DNA of 64,000 nucleotides from an uncultured delta proteobacterium (GTDB lineage Bacteria; Myxococcota_A; Polyangia; Polyangiales; Polyangiaceae): NCBI GenBank assembly GCA_963716725.1, contig CAVQUB010000005.1, positions 128,001 to 192,000 of the forward strand, read 5' to 3'. Shown piece by piece: positions 62,245 to 64,000 of this stretch (position 1 is its first letter; each line of letters starts with the position of its first letter). The notes under the pieces were generated by a model. It saw only the letters and a program-made list of their open reading frames with translations, ran no database searches and was not told where the DNA came from. The position numbers and the translations under genes were made by a program.

Positions 62245-63179
62245 CAGAAGCGACCCGAGAGGTGCAAGCCGACCGCGCCCGCGCCGCTTCGGGGTGAGGG
62301 GGCTGCACGACCGCCGCTCCAGTCGACCCAGGCCACGCCCGCGTAACCCGTGGCCGCGCCGACCAGCAGCGATCCGGCCAGCAAGATGTCGGTGCGCCGC
62401 ACGCGCCCGCGCACGGCGTCCACTTCTTCGGAGCTGGGTTGAGCCGGCAGGTCGTCGCGTCCCTTCAGCGCATCGAGGCCCGACCAGGTGGTCACGCCAG
62501 CCAGCACGACGGTCACCGCGGCGCCCACGTAGAAGATCGCGGGGGAGAGCGGGCGAGTCGAGTCGGCAGGCGCTCCGGGAGTGGGCGGGGCCGCCCGGCG
62601 CGTCGGCGAAACCGGCGCGCGCTCGCCGCGCTCCACGCGGATGCGCAGATGGAGCGCGTAGCTGCCGCCTGCGACCGTCCGCAGCTCTTCTCGGACCTGA
62701 GACGTCCCATGCGACGCGACGGCCTGGTGGGTGCCTGGGAGCAACCACTCTTGCCCCGCGGGCAGCACCTCGTCGCCGACGCGGATCTCGCAAGGGGCAG
62801 GCTCGCAGCTGAGGCGGACGCGAGCCAGGTGCGGCGCCGCGGCGGCCAGCGCTTCCCGAGCCTTGGCCTTCACGTCCGCGCTGGCCTCTCGCCGCCGCTC
62901 CGCGCGTTCGGCTGCACGCGCCACCAGCAAATGCTCTCCCGCTTTGCGTCCAGCTGCGATGGCGTTGCCGAGGGCGTCGTCGCTGGCTTCAATGGAGTCC
63001 GCACGGAAGAAGGCTCGGGCCGCTGCTGCAAAGTCGGAGCGTTGATAGAGCTTCAGTCCCACCTCGAACTCCGCCGCCGCCCGCGTTCGATCGTCCGCAG
63101 CTTGGGCCTCGGCCCCTCGTGGACCCGAAACGGAGACCAGCGCCATCACGGCCAAGTGGGGGAGGATGCGGAAGACCAT
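62244..63179 (-). CDS. Exported TPR/PEGA-like protein
   Basis: Signal peptide; AAAEFEVGLKLY...AAA..F..A; C-terminal TM pair. Confidence 0.7.
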   Translation of the reverse strand: MVFRILPHLAVMALVSVSGPRGAEAQAADDRTRAAAEFEVGLKLYQRSDFAAAARAFFRADSIEASDDALGNAIAAGRKAGEHLLVARAAERAERRREASADVKAKAREALAAAAPHLARVRLSCEPAPCEIRVGDEVLPAGQEWLLPGTHQAVASHGTSQVREELRTVAGGSYALHLRIRVERGERAPVSPTRRAAPPTPGAPADSTRPLSPAIFYVGAAVTVVLAGVTTWSGLDALKGRDDLPAQPSSEEVDAVRGRVRRTDILLAGSLLVGAATGYAGVAWVDWSGGRAAPSPRSGAGAVGLHLSGRF

Positions 63180-63197
63180 CTGCGCTACCCTGGACTC

Positions 63198-63704
63198 GTG
63201 CATTCCTCGAAGTGGGCAGTCTTTGCCTTCGTCGCGTCGGCTCCTGCCTGCGCGCTGATCATCGATCTTCCCGAGGGCCACGACAAGTCGGCTGCGGGCG
63301 GCGCCGGCGGCAGCAGTGGAGACAGCGCCGCTGGCGGCGGGGGCGGCGTGTGCAAGACCCCCTGCGACTGCGACGAGGACGGCGTGAAGAGTGTTGCGTG
63401 CGCGGGCACCGACTGTGCTGACGATGACGCGAATGTGAAACCCGGTCAAATCATCCACTTCATCGATGCGAGCTCGAACCCCAGCATCGGATTCGATTTC
63501 GACTGCTCCGGGGCCGCCGAGCGCGAGCACGACACGCCAGTCAAGTGCTTGGGGCTCGCCCTCGTGGCGTGCGACACGAAGACTCAAGGGTTTCTCGAAA
63601 CCCTTCCTCCCTGCGGCCAGAGCGGCGACTGGGGCACGTGCAAGAAAGGCACGGTCGCCTGTGAGAAAGACGTCGTTCAGAGCAAACCCATGGCCTGCAA
63701 GTGA
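63198..63704 (+). CDS. Lipoprotein with metal-binding (MopE-like) motif
   Basis: DCDEDG...DCADDDANVKPG...FDFDCSG. Confidence 0.7.
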   Translation: MHSSKWAVFAFVASAPACALIIDLPEGHDKSAAGGAGGSSGDSAAGGGGGVCKTPCDCDEDGVKSVACAGTDCADDDANVKPGQIIHFIDASSNPSIGFDFDCSGAAEREHDTPVKCLGLALVACDTKTQGFLETLPPCGQSGDWGTCKKGTVACEKDVVQSKPMACK

Positions 63705-63785
63705 CCAGGCACTGGGCCGGAGGCTCTCGTCGACCACCAAACCATGCAATGAGCGCGGGGCGCGCCCTTTCAACTTACTATCGAA

Positions 63786-64000
63786 TCACGCCGCTTCGGC
63801 CAACACTGGCGCGATCGTCTCGCGCAGCCGCTCGGCGAGCAGGCGGCGCCCGCGGAACAGCCGACTCATGACCGTGCCCACCGGCACGCCGAGGATCGCG
63901 GCGGCGTCTTTGTACGATCGCTCGTCGAGATCCACGAGGCGAACGACTTCACCGAATTGACGAGGCAGGTCGCGGAGCGCACCTTCGACTCGGGGCGACA
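63786..64000 (-). CDS. ECF sigma factor, C-terminal region 4 (partial)
   Basis: LP..F.EVVRLVDLDERSYKDAAAILGVPVGTVMSRLFRGRRLL. Confidence 0.9.
   Translation of the reverse strand, partial: SPRVEGALRDLPRQFGEVVRLVDLDERSYKDAAAILGVPVGTVMSRLFRGRRLLAERLRETIAPVLAEAA

Overview
GC-rich bacterial DNA whose gene content points to a myxobacterium, probably Polyangiales-like (inference from Hanks kinases, FGE/SUMF1 lipoproteins, Cys/Gly-rich lipoproteins, a HEAT protein and an MrtC-type protease). Housekeeping blocks (Fe-S protein/DUF362, rpmE-DUF1385-prfA, psd, FadF-like oxidoreductase, nadC-birA) alternate with accessory patches. The main observation is a tandem cassette array at ~8.3-20.8 kb. The last 52-67 bp of a 4Fe-4S protein gene occur four times and differ only at synonymous sites. 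Each of the three displaced copies is joined to a conserved ~200-bp non-coding element containing a 100-nt imperfect hairpin, and different cargo lies between copies (M4 peptidase-RCC1, lipoprotein, HigBA plus inverted AbiE). No integrase is visible. A second integrase-free ~8.9-kb island is bounded by a duplicated 3' end of the mrtC-like gene. Also present: an IS630 interrupted by a TG...CA three-gene Mu/IS481-like element, a REP-flanked Y1 transposase, an inverted-repeat-bounded two-gene module, IS fragments and several toxin-antitoxin pairs. All functional calls come from motif recognition by eye; no searches were run.
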